Below are positions 1 to 13,430 of a DNA stretch of 64,000 nucleotides, in pieces. This stretch comes from Eledone cirrhosa. Taxonomy: Eukaryota. The DNA lies in the NCBI GenBank assembly GCA_964016885.1, contig OZ024743.1:199888001-199952000 (forward strand), given 5' to 3'. Made by a program: the position numbers and the translations under genes. Position 1 is the first letter of the stretch. Every line of letters begins with the position of its first letter. The notes below the pieces were generated by a model. The model saw only the letters and a list, made by a program, of their open reading frames with translations. It searched no databases and had not been told where the DNA came from.

Positions 1-1919
1 ACTTCTCCAGTTTGTGCAGTAATGGCTCGCGAGTCAATACGTACAAGAGGGACGAGAGGGTACATCTTTGGCGGACCGAGCGCATGATGTTGAACGGTTC
101 CGAAAGGTGACTATTCACTCTCACCACAGAGCAGATGTCGCTGTGCATGGCAGAGACCCAGCCTTTGAAGACGGGCCCAAAGCCAGCCGCCCTCAGGACT
201 GCTGCTAGGTAACGATGGTCGACCCTATCGAAAGCTTTCAACTGATCTAAATTGATCAAGGACCCACCCGTTCCAGGTTCCCTAGCTACCCTCTCTACGA
301 TGTATCGCATGAGTTGGAGGTTGTCGTGGATGGATCTGTCGGGAATGGCGAATGTCTGCGCCTCTCCCACCAGACCACCAACGACAAGCGCCAACCTCTT
401 TGCTAGCACCTTGGTCAAAATCTTGAACTCTGTGTTTAGCAGAGTTATGGGCCTAAAATTATCTATGTTATCCTCCTTGTTCGGATCCTTTCTCAGCAGC
501 GCCACAGCTCCTCGGCTCACAGAGCTGGGAATTCTTCCGTTCTGTTGCCAGTTGCAGTAGACGTCCGCCAAGAGGCCTCCGAACAAGTCTGGCATCTGTA
601 CGTAAAGTTCATAGAGCAGACCATCCAAACCAGGCGATTTACCCCTTGTGCAGCCAGTCATTGCCTCCCGTACTTCAGCGGCTGTTATCGTCTTTTCGCA
701 ACACCCCGCCTCAGTGGCCGAGAGCCGCGGCAGTCCGTCGAGGTAGACACTAAAGTCCATCCATCGATCCGGCCCGCCGCTGCCCCCGAACAGCTGGGCG
801 AAGTGTCGCTGGAAAGCTTCACACATTTGCCCGGGATCGAGTAGCATGCGCCCGTCGTGGTCCACCAAAGACCGGATCGTGGTTTTGTTGCCACGACGCG
901 CCCTAGCACTAACAACGCAGCCTTCGTGCTTTGCATTGAAGAATTGGTCAAGGGACAATTTCGCCGCAAGTACGTCGGTCGCGATCCCTTTGCTAAGCGC
1001 CTCGTCTAATTTTCTAACTAGTTCTCCATCTGCTCTATTTTTCTCTATTGCTAAAGCCTTACTAAACCTAATGGACTCTATTCTAATCGCTTTTTTCAGG
1101 GCAAACCACCACTTGTTGTTCACGATGGCCCTCGTCAACGCCCGCTTAACTAGTTCGCTAATTCAGTCACTGTAGGCCTTGCGCGCTGGTAAAGACGCGT
1201 TTAGCTTCCAGTAGCCGGGTCCTCGTCTATGAAGCCTATCTAAGTCAAGCACACAGATCACGAATTTGTGGTCCGTGTAGCTGACTATCTTGAATTGTGG
1301 ACGGCCTATGCTAGACCTATCTATTTCCCTACAAAATACTCTATGTAGATATGATCTGGATGACCCAAGTCGGGAAATCCAATCGGTACCTGTCAGACAG
1401 TTCAAAACGCCTGAGCAGGTTGGTGAGGCTCTTGCACCCTCCTCCCCTATCCGCTAATCCCACACAGTTCCAGCGTGCATCTAAGATCCCGTTCCAGTCA
1501 CCCACTAACACTAAAGAGCGGGACGTTCCAAGAAAGGTCTTCAGACGCCGGAAGAAATCAGGCCGCCTTGCTCCTGTCGAGGCGTAGACGGCCACTAGCC
1601 TGAAAGCTTGCCCGTCTCCGTTGGTCACGTCCAGCACCACCAACTTACCCTCTGGGTCCAGGAAGATGGCCTGTATGGCGAGATCCAAACCTCTCCGAAA
1701 AAGCACAGCAACTCTTCCCCCCGATCCCGGACGGCTGGGAGATGCGTACACATCGTAGCCGCCGAAGATCGGTGCGACGGCCCGTGCTTCGGAAATGCTG
1801 GTCTCGCTGATGGCCACTACATCTATGTTTAGTGAGCTGAGGTCGTTGAGCAGGTGGCCCTGTTTCCATGACGACCCCAAGCCACACGCATTTATGCTGC
1901 ATATTCTGAGTGAGGTCAT
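1..1919 (-). pseudogene. LINE family A ORF2 (APE endonuclease + reverse transcriptase), disrupted and cut by the window edge
   Basis: ORF 1341-1919 has APE motifs (SINACGL, AISET, GDWN); 1163-1405 has YTDHKFV and GPGYWKLN; homologous to 5674-7308. Confidence 0.9.
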
Positions 1920-1953
1920 GTTGAAATGGAGTGGAAAAGATGGGAAAGACCAC

Positions 1954-3893
1954 TTACCTTACTTCTCGTAGAGGAAGGATGGTTTCTCCATCCTTTTCAC
2001 TGCTTGTGGCCTCCTCCGGAAGGATGTCCTTTTTAAATCCTCCTGGAGAGTGCTTGTCGGAAGTCTCCGATGTCTTTGGGGGAATTTTTGTTTTAGTGTC
2101 GTGTACGTTTTCTGTGCGATGCGAGTGATTTGTATGTGTGGAGGTGGTGTGAACTTTTGGGTTGTTGTGTAGTCTTTTTCTGTGATGCTGGTGTTGTGTT
2201 GGATGTAGTGTAATAATTGGTTGTTGTTCAAATTTATTGCTGTGTTGTGTGTATCATTTGGGTTGTTTTGTTTTGTTTGCGTTTGTTGTGGGTTTGTTTC
2301 TGTTTAGCTTTTTGTGACTTTTGTGGTGTTGGTGATGGTGGTGTTGGGGTTAATGATGGTGTTGGTGTTGGTGTTTGTGGTGATGGGGTTGGTGATGCTG
2401 GTGCGGATGGTGGCATAGCTATCTTAACTTTTTTGTTTGATAGTTTATTTGTTTCCCTCTGTATTTTGTTTTTGGGGAAGGAAGGGGATCTTTTTCTTTT
2501 TTGCTTTCTTTTTCTTTTTTTCTGATACCGTTTCCCACTCCTCCTCGTCACAATCTGTCTCCAGTTGCGATAGGTCGGGGAGTAGAAAATCTCCCACAGG
2601 CGTTGGTTTTGGTTGTGGCGTGGTGAATGGTGTAGGCGCTGGTGCTAGTTCTGGCGCGTTGAGTGGTGGTGGTGTTGGTTTTGCTACTGTTGCTGGGGTT
2701 GTTGCTGTTACAGTTGCTTCTGTTGTTGCTGCTAAAGTTGTTGCTGCCATTTCTGCTGCTGGTGGTGTTGATGGTTGAGTCACTGGGGTGGGTAAGAGAG
2801 GTGGTCTCAACCTTTTAGCCTGAGGGCAGAAAGCCCTTAGGTGGGTTCCTTCACCACAAACGACACACCTAGGCCTTCTGCCCTCGACGATTACGGTGAG
2901 GTGGCTGCCGTCAGTGAGGTCTATTACCTCTGGGATCTCCTCAATGCTTTTTTGGTCCGCTTGGATCAGGAGCTCCATCCCAGATCCGGACCAGTTCTCC
3001 TGCTTTTCTTTCGCTATTTCGATTATCTTGGTGTTGGCTTCGATGACGGCGAGGACGGCAGCCATTAGCCAGGGAATTTCGATGGCCGGTGGAATGTGGG
3101 TCACCCTGATCTTCACGTGTCTCTGGCCACAATAGCTTGGAACGAGTGTGAAGTCGTCACTTCTTAATGGGGCCATGGAGTGTTCTCTGGCCTCCTCTGG
3201 TGTTTCAAATAACACGTCCACGGTTCCATATTTATGCCACGTCTGATGTGTATTTTTTTCACACACATGTCCCAGAGCTTTTTGGATTTGGGACTCGGAT
3301 GCCAGTTCCACTCGGCGCTATTTTATGTTAATCGTCCGATAAGACACGGTGCATAGGCGCCGATGCTCCATTTTATTAGGTGTGGGGTGGGTGGGGTGGG
3401 GTGAGGCTGACCCTGTACCTATCTTTCTTTAACAATGTTTTGGCTTCTTCTAATTCCTCCTGAGTTACCGTAAATGCTTCGCACTTTTTTGCTACTCTGA
3501 CAAAAGACAGGATTTTCTTATTCTCATTGTTGCTGTTGTTGCTATCGTTATTTTTGTTATTGTTAATTTTAATTTCAGCTGTGCGGGTGGTGGCGTCAGT
3601 GGTGTTCGGTGTGGAAGAGTTCATTTTGGCTGAATTCGATTCGATATCACGAGATAATTTATTTTTTTCTTTTGTTTCTGTTGTCGCTGTGGTGGTGGTG
3701 GGGGTGGCGGCTTCAACACCTGCAGTCATTGGTAATGGCGAGAAATGAATGTCTGCATAAGACAAATTTAAATTATTTCTACTGCTTATATTTTAGTGTT
3801 GGCAAACGTAGTAATATTTACAATGGTGGTGTTGGTTTGAGGTGTTAGTTTGTGAGGAAGGCTGTCAGCCTGGTGTAGCTGTGAGTCGTCCAT
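1954..3893 (-). pseudogene. LINE family A ORF1 (gag-like: Asn/Thr-rich N-terminus, CX2CX4HX4C knuckle, Pro/Thr- and Lys-rich C-terminus), frameshifted
   Basis: ATG at 3893 after an A-run; ORF pieces 3786-3989, 3376-3765, 2445-3311, 2234-2551, 1959-2231; same layout as ORF1 of family B. Confidence 0.8.
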
Positions 3894-4389
3894 GTTTTTT
3901 TTCAAACTAATTTTTAGTTTGATAATTATAAAAGTTAAAATTTTGGGCTCAAGACCGCAATCTTTTTGCGTGTCCTTTTCCGAAAGCAAATTTTGTGACC
4001 TTATAAACAGTTAACAACAAAAATTTTCCATAATTGGCAATTTTAAACAAACGAAAACAACAAACCTTTGCGGAGCTCACGATGATACGATTTCCTACGT
4101 AGGTCGCCAATAATAATAATAATAATGATTTCATTTATTGGCCACAAGGGCCGACATATAGGGGACAATACAAAAGACTGGGACAGTGGGGTTTTACAGA
4201 AAAATCGAGTAAACAATATGAATCACAATAACAAAGTTACAATAAAGTAACATGAAAATTATAACAAGAAAAAATTCCCCAATAGAGAGGATGACCACCT
4301 AGGGTTCGCTCAGGTACCCCACCAGTCCTGAACGATCCGACGCTTCGAGAGCACCCTGAAAGGGCACCCTTCTCCTCAAATTTACCTAC

Positions 4390-7300
4390 CTACAGCCGCA
4401 TGACCAGAGTAGGCCCACTCACACGGGCCATTCTCGCCACATTCACCCACCTTTCAGCAAATGTACTGGGGGCCAGCACTTCTCTCTCCACCCTCACCTT
4501 CCTTTCCAAGTGAAACTTGAAAAAGTTGACGAGGGATTGGCCGAAGAGAAAAGTGTCTGTCTTCAGTCCTTTCAACCTCGTCCACCATACAACCTCTTTT
4601 GCTACTGCCACCGGACAGAGGAAAATTGCCTGCCCTTCCTGGCCAAAAGAAGGCGGTGGGTCGATCTTCACTATGGACTCGGCCGATAGCCGGATCCGTT
4701 CTACACGCGACAAAAGCTGTTCAACATAACTCCACAAGTCAGTAATGCACGGTCACTGGACGAGTGCGTGCAGAACGGTTGCGCCGCTCTGCGCGCATCT
4801 CGGGCAGGTCCGCCTGACAGCACGTCCGTGCCTGTAGAGTTTATCTCGAACCGGCAGTTCCCCCCGGTAGCACTGCCAAGCGAGGGATTTTTGGAAATTA
4901 TCCATCCTCCCCGGCTCGAAAGTCCTCCGGTACAGACTGGTTAGTTCGACTTCGTTGACTCCCAGAGCTTCTCCGAGTGCGTCGTCGCACTTTCCCACCA
5001 CTAATCCTCTATAGAACTCGAGAGTGGAAGTTCCACTGGCCGCATTGCCCGCCTGGTAGAGGGCAGTGAGTGCCTGGCAACATTCCAGATGCCAGTCACC
5101 CAGTCTCGGTCTCTTCTTGACCCAGGACTGCAGCTCAGTGAAAGAAACGAGCTGCGGAAAGGCCTGTCTGACAAACGGCGACCACACCTATTCACCGTTT
5201 AGGCAGAATATCTGGAGATGCTGCAGCCTCAGCGCGTGCCTGCGCATCATTAGCCATGGCATGCCCAGCCCTCCATGTAGAGGATGCTGGCAGCAGATGG
5301 ACAGCCACACCAGCGGAACCTGACCCTGAACAAGAATTTGAAGAGGAGCTGCTGGAAGATGGCGAGGCGCGAACGGGGGCAAGGGACGACGGTAGTAGAT
5401 GACGGACGCGATGTACGCGTTCGCCACCTCCGCCCGACCTTTCAGTGATAGCTTCATCCCAGCCCATTTCTGGGTGAGACTGGCTACCCTGCCCGTCACC
5501 TCGTCCCAATTCTTATCCACCTGGTGGTCAGGCCTGAACCAAATCCTAGCAACTTTACCGGTCCGTCTGTCCAGCGCCTAACGACGCTGTTGGACGGCAT
5601 GGACATGCCTCTCCAGGTTCCGAGTTGCAAGCCAACTGAGTTTTCCCGGTCAAGTTTTGCTCCCGTCAACCTTTCATATTCCTCCAATAAGTTGCCGACC
5701 ACCTCGATTTCTGAGGTGTCCGACATCATCACGGTGATGTCGTCCGCATAAGCCGGCACAGCCTTTCCGCGTCCCGGTTCGAGCGGGATGCCCTGCAACA
5801 GCTCCAGTTGGCTTGAGAGTCAATACGTACAGAAGGGAGGAGAGAGGGCACCCTTGACGGACCGATCGGGAGACCTGAATCGGTTCCGAGAGGTGGCCAT
5901 TAATGTTGACCATCGAGCAGGTGCCGCTGTGCATTGCAGCGATCCAGCTTCTGAAGACGTGGCCAAAGCCAGCCGCCTTGAGGACAGCCTCCAGGTACCG
6001 ATAGTCGATCCTATCGAATGCATTCGATTGATCTAAATTGATCAGAGCCCCACCGATTCCAGGTTTACACCCTACTCTCTCTATGATGTATCGCATTAGG
6101 TGGAGGTTGTCGTGTATGGACGTGGTTGGGATTGCGCAAGTTTGCGCCTCCCCAACCAAATTCCCGACGTCAAGCGCCAACCTCTTCGCTAACACCCTGG
6201 TCAAAATCTCAAACTCTGTGTTGAGCAGAGTTATGGGCCTGAAATTGTCTAATGTGACCCTCTTGTTCTCGTCTTTCCTTACGCCTCTCGCCACTACGCC
6301 CCGGCTCACAGAACTGGGAACCCTCCAGTTTTTCTGCCAGTTGCAGTAGAGGGCTTCGAGGAGATTGGAGAACAAGTCTGGCATATTTACGTAAAGCTCG
6401 TAGGGCAGACCATCCAAACCGGGTGACTTGCGCCTCATGCAGCCGACAAGGGCATCCTGAATCTCGGCTGAAGTAATTGGCCTTTCGCAGCGCCCGACGT
6501 CAGCCGTCGAAAGTTGCGGTAAACCATCGAGGTAGGGACTGAAGTCCGCCACCATCTCTGACCCGCCACTTCCCCCGAACAACCGAGCAAAATGTTGGCG
6601 AAAGGCTTCACACATCCTCTTGGAATCGCTCAGCTCGTGCTCGTCTCGGTCCGTCAAAGACCGAAACGTGGTTTTATTACCACGCTGCACCTCTGCCACG
6701 CGGGCCCATCGAACAGCTTTGGTTCCCTCGTTTATCAGAGCACGTGCCTTAGCTCTGACAATGCAACCTTTGTGTTTCGCATTGAAGAAATGGTCTAATG
6801 CCATTCTCGCCGCTAGCACGTCAGTTGCAATGCCACTACCAATAGCCTCGTCTAACTCATCTACCAACTCCCCCTCCTTTCTATTTTTCTCTAACGCTAC
6901 ATCTTTGCTAAACTCTATCGACATTACTCTAATCTCTCTTTTGAGAGCCACCCACCATCTATTGTTGACAACTCCCCCTGTCAACTTTTTCTTAACTAAA
7001 TTGTTGACCTGGTCCCTGTAAGCCTTACGTGCCGGAAATGACATGTTTAGCTTCCAGTAACCAGGTCCTAACCTACGCGTCTTATCTAGGTCGACCATAC
7101 AGATCACAAACTTGTGATCTGAATAGGCGACCGTTTCAAAACGTGGACAGCTTACACTGTTTCTGTCTATTTTCCTAATGAATATCCTTTCTATATACGA
7201 TCTAGATGACCCTATGCGGTTAGCCCAGGTCCACACTGGCGCATTAGGGAAATCTAGTCGGTATCTGTCAGACAATTGGAACTGGCTGAACAGGTTCTTG

Positions 7301-7762
7301 AGGCACACAGTCCCAGCGTGCGTCTAAGATGCCGTTCCAGTCCCCCGCTAACAATAAAGGGCGAGACGTACCCAGAAAGGCTTTCAGGCGTCTAAAGATC
7401 TCCGGCCGTCCTGCCCCAGTAGGAGCATAGACGGCCACCAGTCTAAAGGTACCACCTTCGTTATTGTTCACGTCCAGGACCACCAACTTCCCGTCCGGGT
7501 ACCGGAAGATCGACCTTACCTCGAGATCCAGGCCTTTCCTAAACACCACTGCCACCCCGCCTCCCATTCCCGACCGGCTAACAGATGCAAAGATCTGATA
7601 GTCGTCGAAAATGGGGGCTAGTGCGCGCATATCGGAAATCCTGGTCTCGCTGACGGCAATTACATCCATTTCTATAGACCTGAGGTCGTTGAGCAGGTGC
7701 CCCTGCTTCCAGGAGGATCCCAGGCCTCGAACATTTAAACATCATAATCGTAATGCGGCCAT
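4390..7762 (-). pseudogene. LINE family B ORF2 (APE-RT-CCHC), with frameshifts and stops
   Basis: AVSET, GDWN, SDH; KSPGLDG, FRPITLLN, RQGCPLS, YADD; C-terminal CPRCAQSGATVLHALVQ zinc finger. Confidence 0.95.
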
Positions 7763-7793
7763 GTTGGCAGGTTAAAAAGAGAGAGAGGAAGGT

Positions 7794-9704
7794 TTAGTTA
7801 CCTTCCGGGCTCTTGTGAAGGTCGGGTTGTTCGACCTCCATAGTTGGTGGGGTTTCTTTTGGGAACCCCTTTAAAACTCTTGAAGTGGGTTTTACGTTCG
7901 GGATTCCCACGTCCCGAGGAAAGCTGTCTCGTATTTCTTTGAATAAATCGATCGACATTCGCACCAGAACCAAATCTTCCGGCACGTGAAATGTGCTCGA
8001 TTTAAAAATTTCCCCCTATTTTTGTATATTTTCACTTCGTGCTACGAGGGCCATCAGTTACTTGTTGGCCCTCCTGACGAGCACGAAGTTTTGTATGTTT
8101 TGTTGGTGTGATTTTATTTGTTTGCGTGGCTGTCGTGGTGATAGTTTTGGTGGTGTTGTTTCTGTTGTATCTGTGTTTGTTGTGAGTGCGGTGTCTGTGG
8201 TTTCAGATGTTTGTGTGTATATTTGTTCTTGGGCCTGTTTAGGTTGTTTGCGTTTGGGGGATTCTGGTAATGGTGATGGTGGTGTTGATGTTGGTGTTAT
8301 TGGAGAGATGTTTGTGTGTGTGGTGTCTGCGTTTTTTATTGTGGGTGATTTTGTGCTTTGTTGAGTTTTGTTTTTTCTTTTTGTGTTTCCTCTTTTCTAT
8401 TTTGGGGGATTTTGGTTTTCCCTCATTTTCACTACTGATAGATGAGGGGTCTGTGTCTGTAAGTGTGTCTGTATGCATGTTTATGGTTTTATTGGTGTGT
8501 GTATTTTGGGGGGAGGGGGAATTTGACAGCTTTCCTCGTTGTCAATGTTGGTGGTGGTCTTTCTATTGGTGTTGTTGGTGGTTTTGCCGGTGCTGGTGTT
8601 GGTTGTGGTCCTCGCCCCGGCGTCGGCAGCAGTGGAGCCTTTCGACCCCTTGCTTCTTTCAGCAGTTGAGGGCAGAAGGCTCGAAAATGGGTTTTTTTCC
8701 CCACAAATAAAAAACACTGCGGCCTTTTGCCTTCGGTCATAATGTGAATGACCGTCCCATTCTGAAGGCGGATGTGGTCCGGGATTGTCTTCACATTCTC
8801 GGGCCTGATCTGGAGAAGGATCTCCAGGTCAACCCCGGACCAGTCCTCTCTGGCCGTTCTGGTCACTTCTATTGGGGCGGTATCCGTCCCCTCCACAATC
8901 ACACATCCCAGAAGCCACCACATGTCAACTCCTGGTGGGAGGGGTACATTATGACCTTGTTGGTTTTGCAAGAAGTCATAGCGTGTTTAATAGCGAGGGC
9001 TTCTGACTTGAACAACACCGAAATGGTGCCGTACTGTCTGCCCCTCTCTATGTACTGTGTGTCTTCTCTGATGCACCGCAGCGCGACCTCGACATCTTCT
9101 TGTGGGATTAAAGCTGCCCTTTTGGTTTGTGCTGAGATGCATCTATAATGCACCGTTCTGCGCTCCACTGCCTCAATAGCTTCTACCGGGACAGTTAAGT
9201 TGGCCCAGGTTTGCTCTTGCTTGATGAGCTTCCTTGCCTGGGCCAACTTTTCATCTTTGTTTGAAAGGTCCATGTTGAAGCATGGCCTCTTTTTTGCTGC
9301 GAAAGTGTTCTTCTTGTTTTCGTTGGGGGTATTGTTGTCGTTGTTCTTGTTGGTGTTGTTGTTAGCACTGTCGCTGTTATCATTGTTGTCTTTGTTGCCA
9401 CCGTTGTTCTCGGTGCAGTTGGTATTGTTGCTGTTGGTGTTGTCGCTATTTGTTTTCATGTTAGTGGTGTTGATATTGTTGTTGTATTTGTTATTTTTTT
9501 GTTATCTGTATTTTCGTTGTCGCTGTTACTGTCATTTTTTTCAAAATTAGAGTTCTTATTGGTATCATTGGTGTCTTTGTTTACCTTGTTTGTGATGGTG
9601 TTTGTGTTATCAATTTGTGTTAATTTCGCTGTAGCGATCCTCTCAACTTCTACGCCGTTGTCGCACGACAGCCGACATATCGCTGGGGGGCGTGGCTCAG
9701 CCAT
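7794..9704 (-). pseudogene. LINE family B ORF1, frameshifted
   Basis: MAEPRPPAIC start at 9704; Asn-rich tract; frameshifted CFICGEKTHFRAFC-type knuckle; ends HKSPEGN*. Confidence 0.85.
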
Positions 9705-9909
9705 GTTTTTTTTTCTTCGTAAATTTTTTAACATGTAAAAAAAGTTCAAATATTTGGGCCAAAAGGCCCAAATATTATACTTTCCCCTTCACAGGGCAAA
9801 GTCTAAGGGTTTATATCCCTTACACAACAAGAAATATTTAACAACAAATAATTTTAACAGTCAAATAAAGCGACTTACTGTGAGCGAGCAAAATACGTCC
9901 GCTTAGACC

Positions 9910-9943
<34 letters not shown>

Positions 9944-10559
9944 GAGAGAAGCAGAGATGTAACACCTGTCCTCTTAGAATTATTTTCTTATCTTTTAAAG
10001 AAGAAGGTCTTCCATGAAATAGAAATTAGAACCATTGTCGCGGGTGGATGCGTTTTTCTATGACAAAACTTCAAGAAGTCACAAATATTATGAAAGAAGA
10101 TGAATCGACTTAAGTATTGGACTTGTAAATAATACTTTGATCCCCGAATGGATAAAAGGCAAAATTGGCCTGATCAAGATTTAAACTCAGACTGCATAGA
10201 AGCGGAATAAATTGTACGTTCTATCCTACGCTACTATAACGACTCTGCCAGCTCGACATCTCTCAATCAGTACCTGTAATATTTCATAAACCTTCAATTC
10301 CCTTCAGCTGTTATTTATTTTAGATTTGTGTATTTTAGACTAATTATAATTGTCTGAGAGATTTTTGCCGAAAATACATACACCTATGTGTGTGTGTGTA
10401 TGTGTATGTGTGAGCGTGTGTATGCGTGTGTTTGTATGTGTGCGAGTGTGTGTGTATGTGTGTGTGTGTGTATGTGTATGTGATTGTTTGAACTTTATCC
10501 CCTCCGACGATGATTGATCCGATCAACAGAAAATCCTGCTCATGAAATCAACATGTAAG

Positions 10560-10790
10560 TAGTTGAGTATTCCGCAGATAAATGTACAATAAATGTAGTT
10601 CTAAGTGAGATTCAGCGCGACACAATTTATGACAAGGCTGAATAACGAGTTCAATTCGATTTTACCAGCTGGGTGGACTGGAGCGATGTGAAATAAAGTG
10701 ACTTGCTCGAGGACAGTACGTGTCATTTGGAATCGATGTGTCAACCTTACGATGTTGAGGCGAACACCTTAACTTCATATCTACTCGTCT
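10560..10790 (-). mobile_element. Degenerate tRNA-derived SINE (family 2)
   Basis: Core GCAAGTCACTTTATTTCACATCGCTCCAGTCCACCCAGCTGG on the minus strand; related pieces near 11430-11680 (+), 14320-14430 (-) and 19030-19230 (-). Confidence 0.55.
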
Positions 10791-11988
10791 TTACGCTTTT
10801 ATGTGACTTCCGTGAACATAGACATGGCCGAGTAAGTTAAGATCATTTCATGGTGCTTCAGAGTTACTATGCGGAAAGAGTGTTTTCAACATGCCTCGGA
10901 AAGAATGAAGACTTGCAAGTGAAATTTAATAGATGCAAAACTATGTAGAAGATTGTTAGTTGAGCATTAGAGAGAAATCTTACAAAACGGAGAAAACTTG
11001 CTTCGGGTCTCGTACGTGGAGAGCTTCTCTTTAAATGTAAGGAAGCTCAGAAAGTTTATTTAGGTAGGGTCCGCAATACTTATTGTTCCCTTACTTTGCA
11101 GCCGAGGCCGCAGACCAATCTAGCGATTGAACACATTCTTATAGACTCTCAACCCTGTCAGTTGTATTGTATAGTGCAACTTTCAAAAGTTCTGCTTTGT
11201 CACATATTGTGTTATGAAAATTCAACATGAGAATAATTCTAAGGATACACGTATCTGTGGAATACACATCCACTTCCATTATAATCTAAGAAGTAGATAG
11301 TTCATTTGATTGGACAACTGACTGGTCGTTGTCGTCGATGACAAAGAACGATTAATCATGTCTTATATTCTTTTATGATCTATTTTAAACTTTATATTCC
11401 ATATCCTGAAAGACAAATACAAGCTCCCTCACCTGTCCAAGACACGTTCTTCCACGTTGCCTCACTCCCCTCTACTCCATTCTACTCCACTCAGCTGGAA
11501 AACAATGAGCTTTACCTGTAATTCATTGTGTCAGCATTATCACAAATTGTATCGTGGTGAATCTCCCTGAGAATTACGTTAAGGGCAAATATGTCTATGG
11601 AATACTCAGTCATTTGCACGTTTATTTTATTATCAGGATGAACACACGGCGTTGGTACCGACATAGGTTCAACACACACACGCACACACACGCGCACACA
11701 CACACAAACATATACACCGAAAGACAGATAGAGATAGATAGAGAGAAGGGGAGAAGAGAGAGAGAGAGGGGCGCAATAGTTGTCGTTGCTGTTATTTTTG
11801 TTAGTGTTGTCTCAGATAGCTTATCTAGGTTTATGAACCACTGTTGTCACCACGTATCATCGTTGCTCCGAAGTGTCTTCACCAATCTCTACGTTTAAGT
11901 CTTCTTTCAGCAATATGTAAACCTACTACCGCTTCCCCCGCCCCTCAGTGCGTCTCATCCCATCAGACATACATTAGTTCTTTCCTCC

Positions 11989-11989
<1 letters not shown>

Positions 11990-12069
<80 letters not shown>

Positions 12070-12223
12070 CGTGCGTGCGTGTGTGTGTGTGTATGTGTGT
12101 GTGCATGTGTGTGTTTGTGTATATCTGTATAAAGATATCTATCTATACACACACACACACATATATATATATTATATATATATTATATATGTATGTGTGT
12201 ATGTTTATATATACACACACACA

Positions 12224-12308
<85 letters not shown>
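11990..12308. repeat. Compound (TA)/(TG)/(AG) microsatellite
   Basis: Read directly. Confidence 0.95.
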
Positions 12309-12310
<2 letters not shown>

Positions 12311-12705
12311 TCGGACAGATATCTATGTATGTGTGTGAGCCGTGGGTATAGGTGCGAGTGTTGATTCTTGAAATTGTCAACGCCACTGATATCGTACTTG
12401 AAATAGTACCTATATTGCTGCTGGTGTTTTTGTTGTTGTGATGGTGGTAATAGTAGTGGTAGTGGTGGTGGTGGTGGTGGTGGTGGTGGTGTGCTGCTGC
12501 TGCTTGTGTTACTGGTGGTGCTGGGTGTGGAGATATTTTGTGGTGATGAATAGCGGTTAGAAGCTCTAAAGATAATGGTCTTTGAGACAGTAGACTGTAA
12601 TGGAGAAGTAAATCAAACAAAACAGCAGCAACTACAACAACAATGATAAAAATGATAATAGCAACAACAACAACAATAATAACAAGAGTGACAACAATGA
12701 CAATA

Positions 12706-12905
12706 ATAATTGTTTCTACGTTTGGCACAATGCCAGCAATTATTCCAGTGCATTACTGGTACATTATTTTATCGACCCCGTAAGGATGAAAGGCAAAGTT
12801 AACCTCGGCGGGATTTGAACTCAGAATGGCAAGGGCAGTAACTCTATGCGTCAAAGCATGGCGTCCGACCCTCTACCGATACTGCCAATCCACCGCCCTC
12901 ATGCC
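12706..12905 (-). mobile_element. tRNA-derived SINE (family 1, Deu/Nin-like core)
   Basis: Minus strand: box A-like TGGCAGTATCGG, box B GAGTTCAAATCC, core TTTGCCTTTCATCCTTACGGGGTCGATAAAATAA..GTACCAGT. Confidence 0.8.
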
Positions 12906-13235
12906 AATCCACGACAATAATAATAACAAGAACAATGACAATAGCAACAACAGTAACAGTAAGAGTAGTAAGAACAACAAGAAAAAACAATGGCAATAAC
13001 AACAAAAACAGCGACACTTGCAACAACAGTGACAATAGCAACGTCAACAACAATGATAATATTAACAACAACAACGATGACAATAGCAACATCAACAACA
13101 ATGATAATATTAACAACAATAGTGACAATAGCAACAACAACAACAACAGTACCAGTAACAACAACAAAAACAGTACCAACAACAACAATAATGAAAATAT
13201 CAACACTAACAATAGCAACAACATTATTAATAGTT

Positions 13236-13430
13236 GGTACAAGGCCAACAATTTTGCTGGGAGGGGAAAATCTATTAAATCAACTCCAGTGCATTACTGG
13301 TATTTTATTTCATCGACCCGTAAGGCCAAGCTAACATCGGCAGGATTTGAACTGAGAATGTAAAGGCCCGTAACTCTATGCTGCAAAGCATTTTGTCCGA
13401 CGCTCTACCGATACTGCCAATCCACCACCC
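13236..13430 (-). mobile_element. tRNA-derived SINE (family 1)
   Basis: Same box A, box B and core as 12706-12905. Confidence 0.75.

Larger units (their letters stand above)
1..4108 (-). mobile_element. L1/Tx1-clade LINE, family A (5' end present, 3' part runs off the window; decayed)
   Basis: ORF1 pieces with CVVCGEGTHLRAFC knuckle; ORF2 starts MTSLRICSINACGLG (APE) with GDWN and DH motifs; RT region (PITLLN, DRVD) toward base 1. The 5' end GGCGACC directly follows an (ATT)6 tract. Confidence 0.92.
4127..9909 (-). mobile_element. L1/Tx1-clade LINE, family B, full-length (~5.8 kb), decayed
   Basis: 5' end GGTCTAAGCGGACG after (ATT)11; ORF1 and ORF2; 3' end CCCTTGTGGCCAATAAATGAAATC followed by (ATT)6. 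Colinear with 56022-61913. Confidence 0.95.

Noticed and set aside
5674-7308. 544-aa ORF as an intact RT gene
   Set aside because: A fragment of a LINE ORF2 that frameshifts before YADD; counted under the pseudogene.
12935-13230. Asn-rich ORF resembling the LINE ORF1 N-terminus
   Set aside because: AAC low-complexity tract between two SINEs; no alignable unique sequence.
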